From Candidatus Sigynarchaeum calidifontis (lineage in GTDB: Archaea; Asgardarchaeota; Lokiarchaeia; Sigyniarchaeales; Sigyniarchaeaceae), in contig JAUQYZ020000085.1 in NCBI GenBank assembly GCA_030587475.2, positions 1 through 27,207 on the forward strand: a DNA stretch of 27,207 bases, written 5' to 3'. Shown in pieces: positions 9,281-18,154 of this stretch; within the stretch, counting starts at the first letter, position 1; the number at the start of each line of letters is the position of its first letter. Both the position numbers and the translations under genes were made by a program. The notes below the pieces were generated by a model. That model did no database searches. It was not told where the DNA came from and saw only the letters and a program-made list of their open reading frames with translations.

Positions 9281-11095
9281 TCACGGGGTTGGCTGGTTCC
9301 GCTTCATCTCGTCGATGAAAGCGGGGATGTCCTTATCGGGTATCGTGCGAAGTTGATCGAGCATCCATTTCTTCGTGTTTTCATCGTAATTCATGGCGCG
9401 TACCGAGTGCACGTGCACCGGATCGACCTCGTCTGCCTTGTTGAGCTGGATGTACTCGTCGATGATCTCGAGCTGCTCGAACTCGGGGTGATGCACGAGC
9501 TCCTCGGCGATGGCCTCGATATCATCGTCGCCCACTCCCAGCTTCTTGAGCTTGAGCAGTCGCTTGCGGCTCCTCGGCGTAAGCACGTTGAAATTCCGCT
9601 GGAGGAAGGCCTCGACCGAATCGGCAGGCTTGGGGGGCAGCGACGGGGGCTTTTTGCTCGCGGCGCGAGGCGCACGTGCTGGTGAAGGTGCCGGTTTTTG
9701 CAGTTGCGCTGCGGGCTGGACCGGGATGGATGGTACTACCGGTTCAAGCGGTTTCTGTGGGCCGGCTGCTTTCTCGGCGGGGACTGGCTGGACTGCCGGG
9801 AGGGGTGCCGGTTGGTCCGCGTCGTGGCGTGGCAGCGGTTGTTCGACAAGTTTCTGCCCGCTAATTGCTTTCTTGTCGACCGAATCCAGTGCAAAGAGCA
9901 AGATTGCCTTGGCAAGCATCGGCACGCCCGAACCGAAACAGATGCACCCGATGATCCCGAACGCGAGCGACTTGCCGCCGAGGCCATCGAATTTCCACTC
10001 GCGGCAGTACCGCGAGACCTTGGTAAAGTCGTTATTGGCCGCGACGATGCCGCACGTGCCCGCCACGATAAGTGCGATGAGCTGCATGGGCGGAGCCACG
10101 AGCGAGAACAGATCCCGGAGGATGATCGATGCTGCGATGATGAACGCTGCTGCGGCGGCAAGTGCCATGACTTGCCACGAGACCTCGTCGAGCCCGTTGA
10201 TCCAGCCGATGAGCACGTCACGCTTCGCCTTGGGGGTGATCTCGTCCTGCGCGATCATGATGCCCATCACGATGAATCCCTTGATGAGCATGAACACGCC
10301 GATGCCGCAAACCATGCATCCCAGGATGCCGACGACGATCATGTCAATGCCATAAAACTCGTACACGCCTTGCTTGACCCACTCGTGAATGCGGTGGGTC
10401 TCGTACCAGTGCAAGTAGGCGCCGATGATGTACAGCGGGGTTTGCTGGACCAGTCCCGGGAAAAACGGCTTGCCCAAGAGCGCGTCGTAGAGCAGCGTGC
10501 CGATCGATACGAAGTAAAAGATCGCGAGAAACAGCCTCATGAGAACCAGGGATGCCTCGTTGTACGCCCGGAGATTTTTCTTTGCCTTCTCGATCACCAG
10601 CTTGCGGGCGGCGATGAACTCGGGCGTCCCGCGCCGCAAACCTTTCCTACGATCGGATCCACCCTTTCCGTGATGTTCCGGAGGCGTTGATGGCGGTCCA
10701 CCTGCGATTGGTGACGGCTGGCTTGCAGGACGCTCGGGAACCGTTGCTGCCGGCGGCGGGGACGTCCCGGCGGTAGCCATTGGTTGCGCCGGTTGCACGT
10801 GTGCCGCCGGTTTCGTGATCCCAGGGTGCTGGCGCTGACCGGCTGCCATCGACTTGTGGATCTCCTCGGCGATGCTCGCCTTGGCTTGTTTTATCGCTTG
10901 GCGCACCGCCTGGCGTACTGATGTCGTTTCTTGCTCCTTCTGTGCCGGGACTTGCTTGGGCTCGCCTTGCACCTTTGGGACGAGGACTACGCCACAGTTC
11001 TCGCACGTGACCGTCGTTCCCGACATCAGCACCCGCTTCAGTTCCGCGGGCAGCTGGATCTTGCAGTTCGGGCACGTGATCTCGATGTCTTCCAT
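9281..11095 (-). CDS. Zn-ribbon plus multi-pass membrane protein with Pro-rich linkers
   Basis: N-terminal CPNC...CENC, about 8 hydrophobic segments in two similar halves, Pro-rich spacers and a helical C-terminal domain; 604 aa. Confidence 0.8.
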   Translation of the reverse strand: MEDIEITCPNCKIQLPAELKRVLMSGTTVTCENCGVVLVPKVQGEPKQVPAQKEQETTSVRQAVRQAIKQAKASIAEEIHKSMAAGQRQHPGITKPAAHVQPAQPMATAGTSPPPAATVPERPASQPSPIAGGPPSTPPEHHGKGGSDRRKGLRRGTPEFIAARKLVIEKAKKNLRAYNEASLVLMRLFLAIFYFVSIGTLLYDALLGKPFFPGLVQQTPLYIIGAYLHWYETHRIHEWVKQGVYEFYGIDMIVVGILGCMVCGIGVFMLIKGFIVMGIMIAQDEITPKAKRDVLIGWINGLDEVSWQVMALAAAAAFIIAASIILRDLFSLVAPPMQLIALIVAGTCGIVAANNDFTKVSRYCREWKFDGLGGKSLAFGIIGCICFGSGVPMLAKAILLFALDSVDKKAISGQKLVEQPLPRHDADQPAPLPAVQPVPAEKAAGPQKPLEPVVPSIPVQPAAQLQKPAPSPARAPRAASKKPPSLPPKPADSVEAFLQRNFNVLTPRSRKRLLKLKKLGVGDDDIEAIAEELVHHPEFEQLEIIDEYIQLNKADEVDPVHVHSVRAMNYDENTKKWMLDQLRTIPDKDIPAFIDEMKRNQPTP

Positions 11096-11206
11096 GTTGT
11101 TCGATACCCGATATGGTGTGTGCCGTTGATCGAATAAATGTTTGGCAAAGCCGATTCGAGTTGCTTCGAGGTGGTAATCACGACGGGCATTGTTATGGGA
11201 TCTTGA

Positions 11207-11458
11207 GGCCGTTTAGTAGCCGGGAGTGATTCTAATTCCGCCTTCGATGGATGGCCAGCGGGCTTCAACCGGCTGCTGGCTACCGTCGCCGCCCGTCACG
11301 ATCCCGTCACGGAGGGCAAGGCGTTTCTCGCCGCCGTGATGGTGCCGTGGATGGATGAAACCAAGGATTGCCTCCTCCGCGCCATCGCCGGGGACATGTT
11401 GGCCACGGGCGAGAAGGCCGCCCGGCTCGACGCCCTCGCGAACAACGAGAATATCTAG
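11207..11458 (+). pseudogene. 3' gene fragment lacking a convincing 5' start
   Basis: 84-codon stop-to-stop frame. From ~11260 it shows strong GC3 bias (GFNRLLATVAARHDPVTEGKAFLAAVMVPW...NNENI*). Confidence 0.4.
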
Positions 11459-11513
11459 ATGGATTTAAATGGCCAGGTTGGGATCAGATGAGGGAGTTTA
11501 AGGAGAGATAGCA

Positions 11514-12821
11514 TTGACGATCGATACCGAAGGAAAATGGTTCTCTGGCAAGATAGATCTTGTTGTGGAAGGGAAGGGAGAACGTCGAGTACTCAAGTGC
11601 AAGAAATTCATGTTATCACAAGAACTGGTTCCTATAATATTAGCAGGTCGCCCGTTTATGAACTTCGGCGTGTATCTCACGATAATTACCCTCAATCTCG
11701 AGATGGAAGGGGCTATCTTCACATGTTCGACAGATTCACGTTATGAGTTCCTTATGGATTCGAAACGGATGAGCGTGGAATTTCCATGTGTCGAAGAAGT
11801 ACGAGAAGGGATTCCAGCAGCGTTATTGGATGCAATCATATCAAGCCAGCCGATGCAAAGAGTGATGATACACTTTAAAGATCGAGATTTATTCGAAACA
11901 TTCAGCCAAATCATCAACCAATTCATAGCTAACGAACATTTCAAGAATGATTATCATTTTTTCAAAAAAGTAGCTCCGAAATGCGAGTGTGGTATGCGAA
12001 AAGCAATCGGCGGCGAATATTCTTCCCGTCTGAATAACTGGCCTGACAAGATGAAGACTGATGCCCAGCGCATCCAGCCGTGGCACCTGGAGTTCATCTG
12101 TCTCGATTGCATGTTGCTCTATCTCAAGATGGAAGAGCATCTGAAGCGTAGCCCGCCGTGGAACCCTCTGGAGACCCTCGAGATGGAGATGGCTGCTGAG
12201 GGCATGGTAAAGATCGCAGTGCGCCTCGGCGATCGATTATCTATCGCACACGCGAACGTGATGGTGGGCATGGTATACCAAGGAACGGAAAAAGCGGTCA
12301 AGTCACTTACAGAAGCATTGGTGCTCTTGCGAGAGCATCAATCCTACAAGTCATTCGGATTCTACCAGAACATGCTCTGGTCATACAACAAAGCGATCGC
12401 GTTTCTTGCACGAAGCTTGTTCACTCTTGGCAAATACAACGAGGCCTTGATCATTTTTAGAGAGCGACAAGAAGCATGCGAGCGGTTCGGTACCGCTCTC
12501 GAATCGAGTTTTACCCGGGTGGAGATAGGGCAAACACTCGCCCGTCTCGGGAGAACTGACGAGGGCGAGCGAGAGATCGCGGCAGGATTGGAGGGAATGG
12601 AAAAGGCAGGCGTGCGCCCGTTGGATAGGAGATATATACATTCCTATCTCGTATATGTAGATATTTTCTACGCAAAAAACGACATGGCAAAGGTGGATTC
12701 GCTCCTCGATGAACTCGTGAGAAAAGGAGGGGCAGCCATCGAAGAAAGCGAGGATTATCAACGTTATCGGATGGCCGTTAGCTTCAAAAAGGGCTTGTTC
12801 AAGCTTGATCCTCGAGCTTGA
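11514..12821 (+). CDS. Hypothetical protein with putative Zn site and C-terminal TPR-like helical repeats
   Basis: TTG start behind AAGGAG, CECG...CLDC, and TPR-like units (LARSLFTLGKYNEAL; IGQTLARLGRTDEG). Confidence 0.75.
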   Translation: MTIDTEGKWFSGKIDLVVEGKGERRVLKCKKFMLSQELVPIILAGRPFMNFGVYLTIITLNLEMEGAIFTCSTDSRYEFLMDSKRMSVEFPCVEEVREGIPAALLDAIISSQPMQRVMIHFKDRDLFETFSQIINQFIANEHFKNDYHFFKKVAPKCECGMRKAIGGEYSSRLNNWPDKMKTDAQRIQPWHLEFICLDCMLLYLKMEEHLKRSPPWNPLETLEMEMAAEGMVKIAVRLGDRLSIAHANVMVGMVYQGTEKAVKSLTEALVLLREHQSYKSFGFYQNMLWSYNKAIAFLARSLFTLGKYNEALIIFRERQEACERFGTALESSFTRVEIGQTLARLGRTDEGEREIAAGLEGMEKAGVRPLDRRYIHSYLVYVDIFYAKNDMAKVDSLLDELVRKGGAAIEESEDYQRYRMAVSFKKGLFKLDPRA

Positions 12822-12837
12822 AGAGAACCCTCAACGG

Positions 12838-13782
12838 TCACCGCGCCTTGTCATCGCTGCCGCTGCCACCATCGCCGCCCCCGGCCTTGTGCTTGTCTCG
12901 CCTGACACGCGCTAAAGCCTCTTCACGCAGCCTCGCCCACCTGCAATGCGTCTCCTCGCTCGCGTAGATCTTGAGGCGGTTTAATGCAAACGGCGACAAG
13001 AAATGGTGGGAGAGCTCGAATCTCCGGCGTTCCATGAGCTCCCGGGTCGCGATATATTCCTTCATCTCGTCGTCGCGGCCATTGGTGTATAATTCGGCGC
13101 AGCGCTTCAAGTTCCCGCGAATGTCCCAATACAAGAACTCGATCAACTTGTCATCCCACCAGTCCGAGCTATCCACGAGTGCCGGGTCCTCTTGCGGCCC
13201 GAACGCGAGGATGAATTGCGCCTCCTCTTCAGTCACGTCCTTGATGGGATTTCCCCTGGCATCGATGTAACACCTTTCATGGCGGAGCATTTCGGGAAGC
13301 ACGGGCGGGCGGGTCAGTTTGTTGCTATTGAGTATGAGATTCCATAGTGCGGGCACGCCTTCGAGCGCCGGGAAGTAGTCGATCTTGTTATACGAGAGAT
13401 CGAGGACTTGCAGGTGGTTCAACCCTGAAAGGATGTCCGAACGTATTGAATCGATCTGATTACACACGGCGTCCAATCTTTCAAGTGAATGCAAATATTG
13501 TATCCCGTCGAGTGATGTCAAGGCATTTTCCGAGACACTCAAGCATCTCAGATTAATAAATTGATCAATACCATCTAAAGAGGTTAAATTGTTCATCGGA
13601 ACGATAAGGCTCGTGATTTCCGAACTAGATTCCAATCCTCGAATTTCTTGAAGGCACGATATTCCCTTCCGGACAATTCTCAATTCAATCCCCTCTCGCC
13701 CCTCGTCATCTTGGTACTTGATCAACTTAAATCGCTCCCCTCGTGCGCTAACCGATTTTTCATCAAAAAAAGGTGCACTCAT
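12838..13782 (-). CDS. Leucine-rich repeat protein
   Basis: About 6 LxxLxLxxNxL repeats (LRCLSVSENALTSL, LQVLDLSYNKI, LWNLILNSNKL). ATGA overlap with the upstream ORF. Confidence 0.88.
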   Translation of the reverse strand: MSAPFFDEKSVSARGERFKLIKYQDDEGREGIELRIVRKGISCLQEIRGLESSSEITSLIVPMNNLTSLDGIDQFINLRCLSVSENALTSLDGIQYLHSLERLDAVCNQIDSIRSDILSGLNHLQVLDLSYNKIDYFPALEGVPALWNLILNSNKLTRPPVLPEMLRHERCYIDARGNPIKDVTEEEAQFILAFGPQEDPALVDSSDWWDDKLIEFLYWDIRGNLKRCAELYTNGRDDEMKEYIATRELMERRRFELSHHFLSPFALNRLKIYASEETHCRWARLREEALARVRRDKHKAGGGDGGSGSDDKAR

Positions 13783-14519
13783 TTCAAATTCGCTCCCTTA
13801 AGCAGCTCATCAAATGAACGGTATCTACCGCCCTTTGTAATATCGATAAATGGCTCATCCGAATTAAATCGATACTCTATCTCGACATACCCGATTCCTG
13901 TCTTAAGAGATAGCACTCTCAACAGAATGCCATTACCCTTCGCCGTCACCACGGCATCAGTTGGCATCGCCAATCCCGCAGCAGTCGCCGGCACGACGAA
14001 TTCCTCGATGAACTCGCGCAGCCACTGCAAATGCACTTGCTTGGAGGTGCCCGCCCCTTCTTGATATTGGAATTGCATCGCAACGCTTCCCGCCTTTGTC
14101 ACGGACGTGAACGTGTATTTCCCCGTCATGCAATTTAATCGCCCGCTCACCACGTGCCCGGTCGGCGCCCCCGCATCGTTCAACAAGTTCAAGGTAAACG
14201 ATAACCGTCCTCCCGATATCGTCAACGACGAGACGGTGAATCGCTGCTTGTTGTAATGCGTAAGATGCTTGAAAAACTGCACCATGGCATCGGTCACCTG
14301 GAAGACACTCGTAAAATCGCCAAGGCGGTTCCACATCCCACCCGCACCTTGCTCGAATATGGTTGTTAACCCTGATGCCTTGTTCACGACGAAGCGATAC
14401 GGTACTGCATCTGGAATATTCACGAGCCGGGCATCTCCTGTACCTATCTTCAATCGATCGGCGACGAACTGCCTGAAATTAATCTTCACATCGGTTCTAT
14501 AATCATTGGTCGTAATCAT
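13779..14519 (-). CDS. Hypothetical beta-rich protein
   Basis: 246-aa ORF whose stop overlaps the LRR gene start; no recognisable motif. Confidence 0.7.
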   Translation of the reverse strand: MITTNDYRTDVKINFRQFVADRLKIGTGDARLVNIPDAVPYRFVVNKASGLTTIFEQGAGGMWNRLGDFTSVFQVTDAMVQFFKHLTHYNKQRFTVSSLTISGGRLSFTLNLLNDAGAPTGHVVSGRLNCMTGKYTFTSVTKAGSVAMQFQYQEGAGTSKQVHLQWLREFIEEFVVPATAAGLAMPTDAVVTAKGNGILLRVLSLKTGIGYVEIEYRFNSDEPFIDITKGGRYRSFDELLKGANLK

Positions 14520-14625
14520 TTTTATTTGTCGGAGACTTTATTTGTCTTGTATTCTCGGTAAAATTTCATCGCGTTCGGCCGGAGAATCAATTTCCTTCAC
14601 GATAAGCGATGGATCGAGCAATACT

Positions 14626-14738
14626 GCTGAGGTAGCTTAGCCTGGGTGGAAATGGGCCTCACATGTGCCCTTTTCCCGGGAAAGAGCGCTAGACTGAAGA
14701 TCTAGTTGTCGGGAGTTCAAGTCTCCCCCTCAGCACCA
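14626..14738 (+). tRNA. tRNA-Phe(GAA) with 36-nt D-loop intron (14647-14682) and encoded CCA
   Basis: Acceptor GCTGAGG/CCTCAGC, D-stem GCTT/GAGC, anticodon arm CTAGA-CTGAAGA-TCTAG (GAA 14696-14698), T-arm GGGAG-TTCAAGT-CTCCC and ACCA end. Removing the intron gives a 77-nt tRNA with D-loop AGCCTGGGA. Confidence 0.95.
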
Positions 14739-14747
14739 TTTTTTTTT
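14739..14747 (+). terminator. T9 tract after tRNA-Phe
   Basis: Nine T immediately after the CCA. Confidence 0.65.
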
Positions 14748-14752
14748 CAAGA

Positions 14753-15550
14753 TCAGAGCAGTTCGGCGAGCACGGGGTAATGATCGCTCGGGTAAATTCG
14801 GGGATTCCCGCCGGAATCCAGGATGCGGCTCGATTTCACGCAAGTCACGTCCTTGTCCATAAGCACGTGGTCGATCCATTGGAATGCAGGGCGGAACCGG
14901 CTCTTTTTCGTGGCGCCCGTGAAGCAATGGCAAGTTATCTCTTGCGCACCGCGTGGTGTCGGGGAGTCGACGAACGCGTCGCGGAACCGGCCTTGAAGGA
15001 TGGCGTAGGTCGTCGATCCGGGCCGCGTGTTGAGGTCGCCGAACAAGACCGCGGGAATCCCCGCGGACTGCGCGGCGATGTGATCCAGCACCAGCCGGGC
15101 GGCTGCCTCCCTGCGCCATTCCTTCTGGTGGTCGAAATGGGCGTGGTACACTGCGAAGGTGCGGTCGTTACCGTCCGCGTTGCTCACCTTGGCATGCATC
15201 CAGGTACAAGCACGCAAGACCTCGCCCCCGCCCTCGTCGATCCGCGGCACGTCCGGGGTCTTGTTGAGCCAGAACGCCCCCGATTTAATGATCGCGACCC
15301 GTTCCTTCACGTAGAATATCGGGAGCAGTTCTTGCTTCACGCTGACATCTTGCCAGCCCTGGTGGTGGCACCCGTACCCATCAAGGCCCTTAACCAGGTC
15401 GTCAAGCTGGTCGCGCTGCACCTCCTGGAAGCCGACCACGTCTGGCTGGTATTTCTTGACGACATCGATGACCAGCTGGCGCCGTTTTGCCCAGCCATGC
15501 TTCTTGGTCGGCAGCGACGACGCGTGGGCGTTGAACGACATGATTTTCAT
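14753..15550 (-). CDS. Endonuclease/exonuclease/phosphatase (EEP) family hydrolase
   Basis: IMSFN, PDVVGFQEV, HAHFDH, LFGDLN, WIDHV and YPSDHYPV catalytic motifs. Confidence 0.94.
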   Translation of the reverse strand: MKIMSFNAHASSLPTKKHGWAKRRQLVIDVVKKYQPDVVGFQEVQRDQLDDLVKGLDGYGCHHQGWQDVSVKQELLPIFYVKERVAIIKSGAFWLNKTPDVPRIDEGGGEVLRACTWMHAKVSNADGNDRTFAVYHAHFDHQKEWRREAAARLVLDHIAAQSAGIPAVLFGDLNTRPGSTTYAILQGRFRDAFVDSPTPRGAQEITCHCFTGATKKSRFRPAFQWIDHVLMDKDVTCVKSSRILDSGGNPRIYPSDHYPVLAELL

Positions 15551-15865
15551 AGGCTTCGTCGACCGTCCATATTTTTCCTTTGCATCGGAAAGTCCATTTC
15601 AAGCAATGAAATGATTCGCCGAGATCTATTTATATTCCCCCCGGAATAGCAGAATCCAGCACGCGACCAGATCGTGCACAATGAGGATGGCGAAAATCCA
15701 ATGTATTGGCGCGGAAACAGCCCGGAGATGCAGCACGCGAGCCAATCGCGTGATAAATGGAAGTCAATGCTGGCCTGGATGAATGGCGCTGGAATCATGC
15801 TGTCTCCATTCGCAGTACAATACGATTTATTGCTTGCAGTCGGCCTTGTCGTTGAAGGGGGCAAG

Positions 15866-16660
15866 ATGCCCGAGGAAATCAAGTCATGCGTTTCAGAAGT
15901 CGCACGGATACTAGGGCTTTCCGGGGCGCCGGAGGCTGAAATGGGCGGCCTCTTCTGGAATTATCTCGCATCGACCGACCTCGATGACTTGAAAAAAATT
16001 CAAGCGGTTGCACGGGTTAGGGACCCGGATGGGCTCAAGAAATTTGTCCAGGACATCCACAAGATAAAAAACAAGCTGGAAAGCAACAAGGAAGATGCGG
16101 CGCTCGTGTTCAAGGGGTATGTCGATGATTACGGGCGGATGATCCAATACCAGGTGACCTGGAACCAGTTCGAGAGCCTCCAGCGAAAATTGGCAGGCGA
16201 ACCCGCGCCCAAAGAAGCTATTAAATCTGAAATACCGGCGGGCGAGTTGTATTCCGAAGCAGAAAAGAAACTTGGTGAAGGGGATGATGCTGAGGCCATC
16301 AAATTGCTCCAGCAGCTGGTAAATGCCGATCCGTCCAGCGTCGAGGGGTGGTTATTGCTCGGCTGGCTCCAGCTCGCCCGTGGGGATGCTGGCCAAGCCA
16401 TCGATAGCTTCTCGCGGTGGATCACGAGACCCGATCCCCCGCCCGAGGCAAATATCGGGCTCGGGTTTGCCTTTGCCATGCAAGGCAACCAGCAAGGAGC
16501 CCAGGCGGCGTTTGACATCGTGAATTTCGAATCCGGTGGCGATCCGCGTCCATGGACAGAATGCGGGCGCCGGCTCACTTGTCTCGGCATGGACAAGGAG
16601 GCGAGATTTTGCTTCGAGCAAGCGAGGGCGTTAGATCCAAGAACGCGTGCTCGACGGTAA
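15866..16660 (+). CDS. TPR-repeat protein
   Basis: C-terminal TPRs (AIKLLQQLVNADP; GWLLLGWLQLARGDAGQA; ARFCFEQARALDP). Probable start ATG 15866 after GGGGG; the ORF track extends to 15674. Confidence 0.82.
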   Translation: MPEEIKSCVSEVARILGLSGAPEAEMGGLFWNYLASTDLDDLKKIQAVARVRDPDGLKKFVQDIHKIKNKLESNKEDAALVFKGYVDDYGRMIQYQVTWNQFESLQRKLAGEPAPKEAIKSEIPAGELYSEAEKKLGEGDDAEAIKLLQQLVNADPSSVEGWLLLGWLQLARGDAGQAIDSFSRWITRPDPPPEANIGLGFAFAMQGNQQGAQAAFDIVNFESGGDPRPWTECGRRLTCLGMDKEARFCFEQARALDPRTRARR

Positions 16661-16788
16661 TCGGCCTATTCGAGAGCTCGTCACAAGAATTATTCGCCCT
16701 GTTATCTCTAGAGAAACGCCACGGGGAATAACAAGCGCAAGCATGTAATCAATTGGCGGATCTCGTTCCCGTTCGAGAAAAAGAAGAT

Positions 16789-17250
16789 TTACTTGCTCAC
16801 GACGAGCGTCGGCAATGTCGAAAACGTGATGATGGCCTCGACCACGTTGCCGATGAGCGATTTTTGCGCCTTCGACGCGGCGTGGCGGCCGACGATGACC
16901 AGGTCGTACGGTCCCGTGCAGATCTCGTTCACGAGCTCGTCCAGCGGGTTGCCGTTCAAGAACTTGGTCGTGTAATTGGTGCATTTCACCTTCTTGGCCA
17001 TGTCGATGATGTCAGCGAACACCTTGTACCCGATCTGCTCCGTGCGAGCCTCTTCCAGTAGCATCTTATCGAACGAGGTGCCGGTCTTGCGCGTCGCCGC
17101 GTCATCCTTCATGAAGCGGATGTAATCCTCGGTCACCACGTACACGCACGTGATGCTGCCATTGAATTGCTTCGCGAGTTTCAGCCCGATCTCGGCGCCC
17201 TTCGCGCTGTCTTCCGAGCCGTCGACACAACAAATGATGTTCGTGAACAT
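16789..17250 (-). CDS. Universal stress protein (UspA family)
   Basis: MFTNIICCVDGSEDS, GNPLDEL, YDLVIVG...LIGNVVEAII...PTLVV. Confidence 0.93.
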   Translation of the reverse strand: MFTNIICCVDGSEDSAKGAEIGLKLAKQFNGSITCVYVVTEDYIRFMKDDAATRKTGTSFDKMLLEEARTEQIGYKVFADIIDMAKKVKCTNYTTKFLNGNPLDELVNEICTGPYDLVIVGRHAASKAQKSLIGNVVEAIITFSTLPTLVVSK

Positions 17251-17358
17251 GGCATCCCTTGCCCCTTGGTGCCTGGCTGGATTTCGTTGTCACTAATTAG
17301 GTGGGGATGATATTAAATTTATCCGCCATCTCATGAAGCATTTGTGAGCTTTGATGCA

Positions 17359-17802
17359 TTACATGCCACGAGCGATCGGATCGAGGACGTTTATCCCAGC
17401 CACGTTCTCGAAGCCTTTATCGTTCGTGATGATGCTCGTTATCTTGTGCCTTGTCATCGAATGTAGTATCGAAGAATCCCTTCCACCGATCGTCGTGGTC
17501 GTTCTATATTTCGTTAAAATCGTCAATATCTCGTTCAAGTCTGATTCTTGTAAAATATCGAACTTTACTTGGAAGAACGGGTGATCTTCATTCAGCAAGT
17601 ATTCGGCGATCGTGCAGCCTTGTTTCCCCTTTTGCTTGACGAGGAGATGGAACAGCTCGATCATCACGAATTCGTTCACGATCAAAGAATTCTCATCATT
17701 AATGATAATTGGATCCAGGAAAGCCTTGACTTTCTTGTGGTGTTTTGAATTCTCGACCATGTACCACCAGAGAATGTTCGTGTCAATGAAAAAATCGGTC
17801 GT
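17359..17802 (-). CDS. vapC: PIN-domain toxin (VapC-like); start codon atypical
   Basis: FFIDTNIL, VMIEL, GGRDSSIL and IITNDKGF PIN acidic motifs. No nearby canonical start; ACG at 17802 would give MTDFFIDTN. Confidence 0.85.
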   Translation of the reverse strand, partial: TTDFFIDTNILWWYMVENSKHHKKVKAFLDPIIINDENSLIVNEFVMIELFHLLVKQKGKQGCTIAEYLLNEDHPFFQVKFDILQESDLNEILTILTKYRTTTTIGGRDSSILHSMTRHKITSIITNDKGFENVAGINVLDPIARGM

Positions 17803-17803
17803 A

Positions 17804-18055
17804 TCATTCCACCACGTTTTTCCAGATCGATTTTGGATCGATCTTGTCAACATCGGGATCGGAAACAGATAGCACGCCCGATAGACGTTCAATAAATTGG
17901 CTTCTCAAGCCTCCATTGCCTTTCTTCTCGGGTTCTTGGATTTTCTGCTTCAAGCGCTGATAATCTTGAATACCAACCTCGAAAATGATCCCCCCCCTCT
18001 GCGGGGAGAGCAAGATGGAGGCGATGGTAAAGGTTTGGTCACTGAACCTGTCCAT
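17804..18055 (-). CDS. Putative antitoxin of the adjacent PIN toxin
   Basis: 83-aa ORF directly upstream of and abutting the PIN gene; GAGGA before the ATG. Confidence 0.65.
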   Translation of the reverse strand: MDRFSDQTFTIASILLSPQRGGIIFEVGIQDYQRLKQKIQEPEKKGNGGLRSQFIERLSGVLSVSDPDVDKIDPKSIWKNVVE

Positions 18056-18154
18056 TATCTTCCTCGTCGCAATTTATCGCGTGCTTGACATTCATTACCG
18101 TCTTAAAAAATATAATAAACGATAGTTAGAAACGATACGAAAACCACAAGGAGT

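Noticed and set aside
11195-11206. ATG-GGA-TCT-TGA as a selenoprotein start
   Set aside because: No CxxU/UxxC-type context, no recognisable SECIS, and the adjacent codons do not look coding.
14535-14630. Short minus-strand frame VLLDPSLIVKEIDSPAERDEILPRIQDK in frame with the 246-aa ORF
   Set aside because: About 30 codons bounded by stops and overlapping the tRNA promoter region; too short to support.
14626-14738. tRNA-Phe as attachment site of an integrated element
   Set aside because: No duplicate of either tRNA end and no integrase seen in the window.
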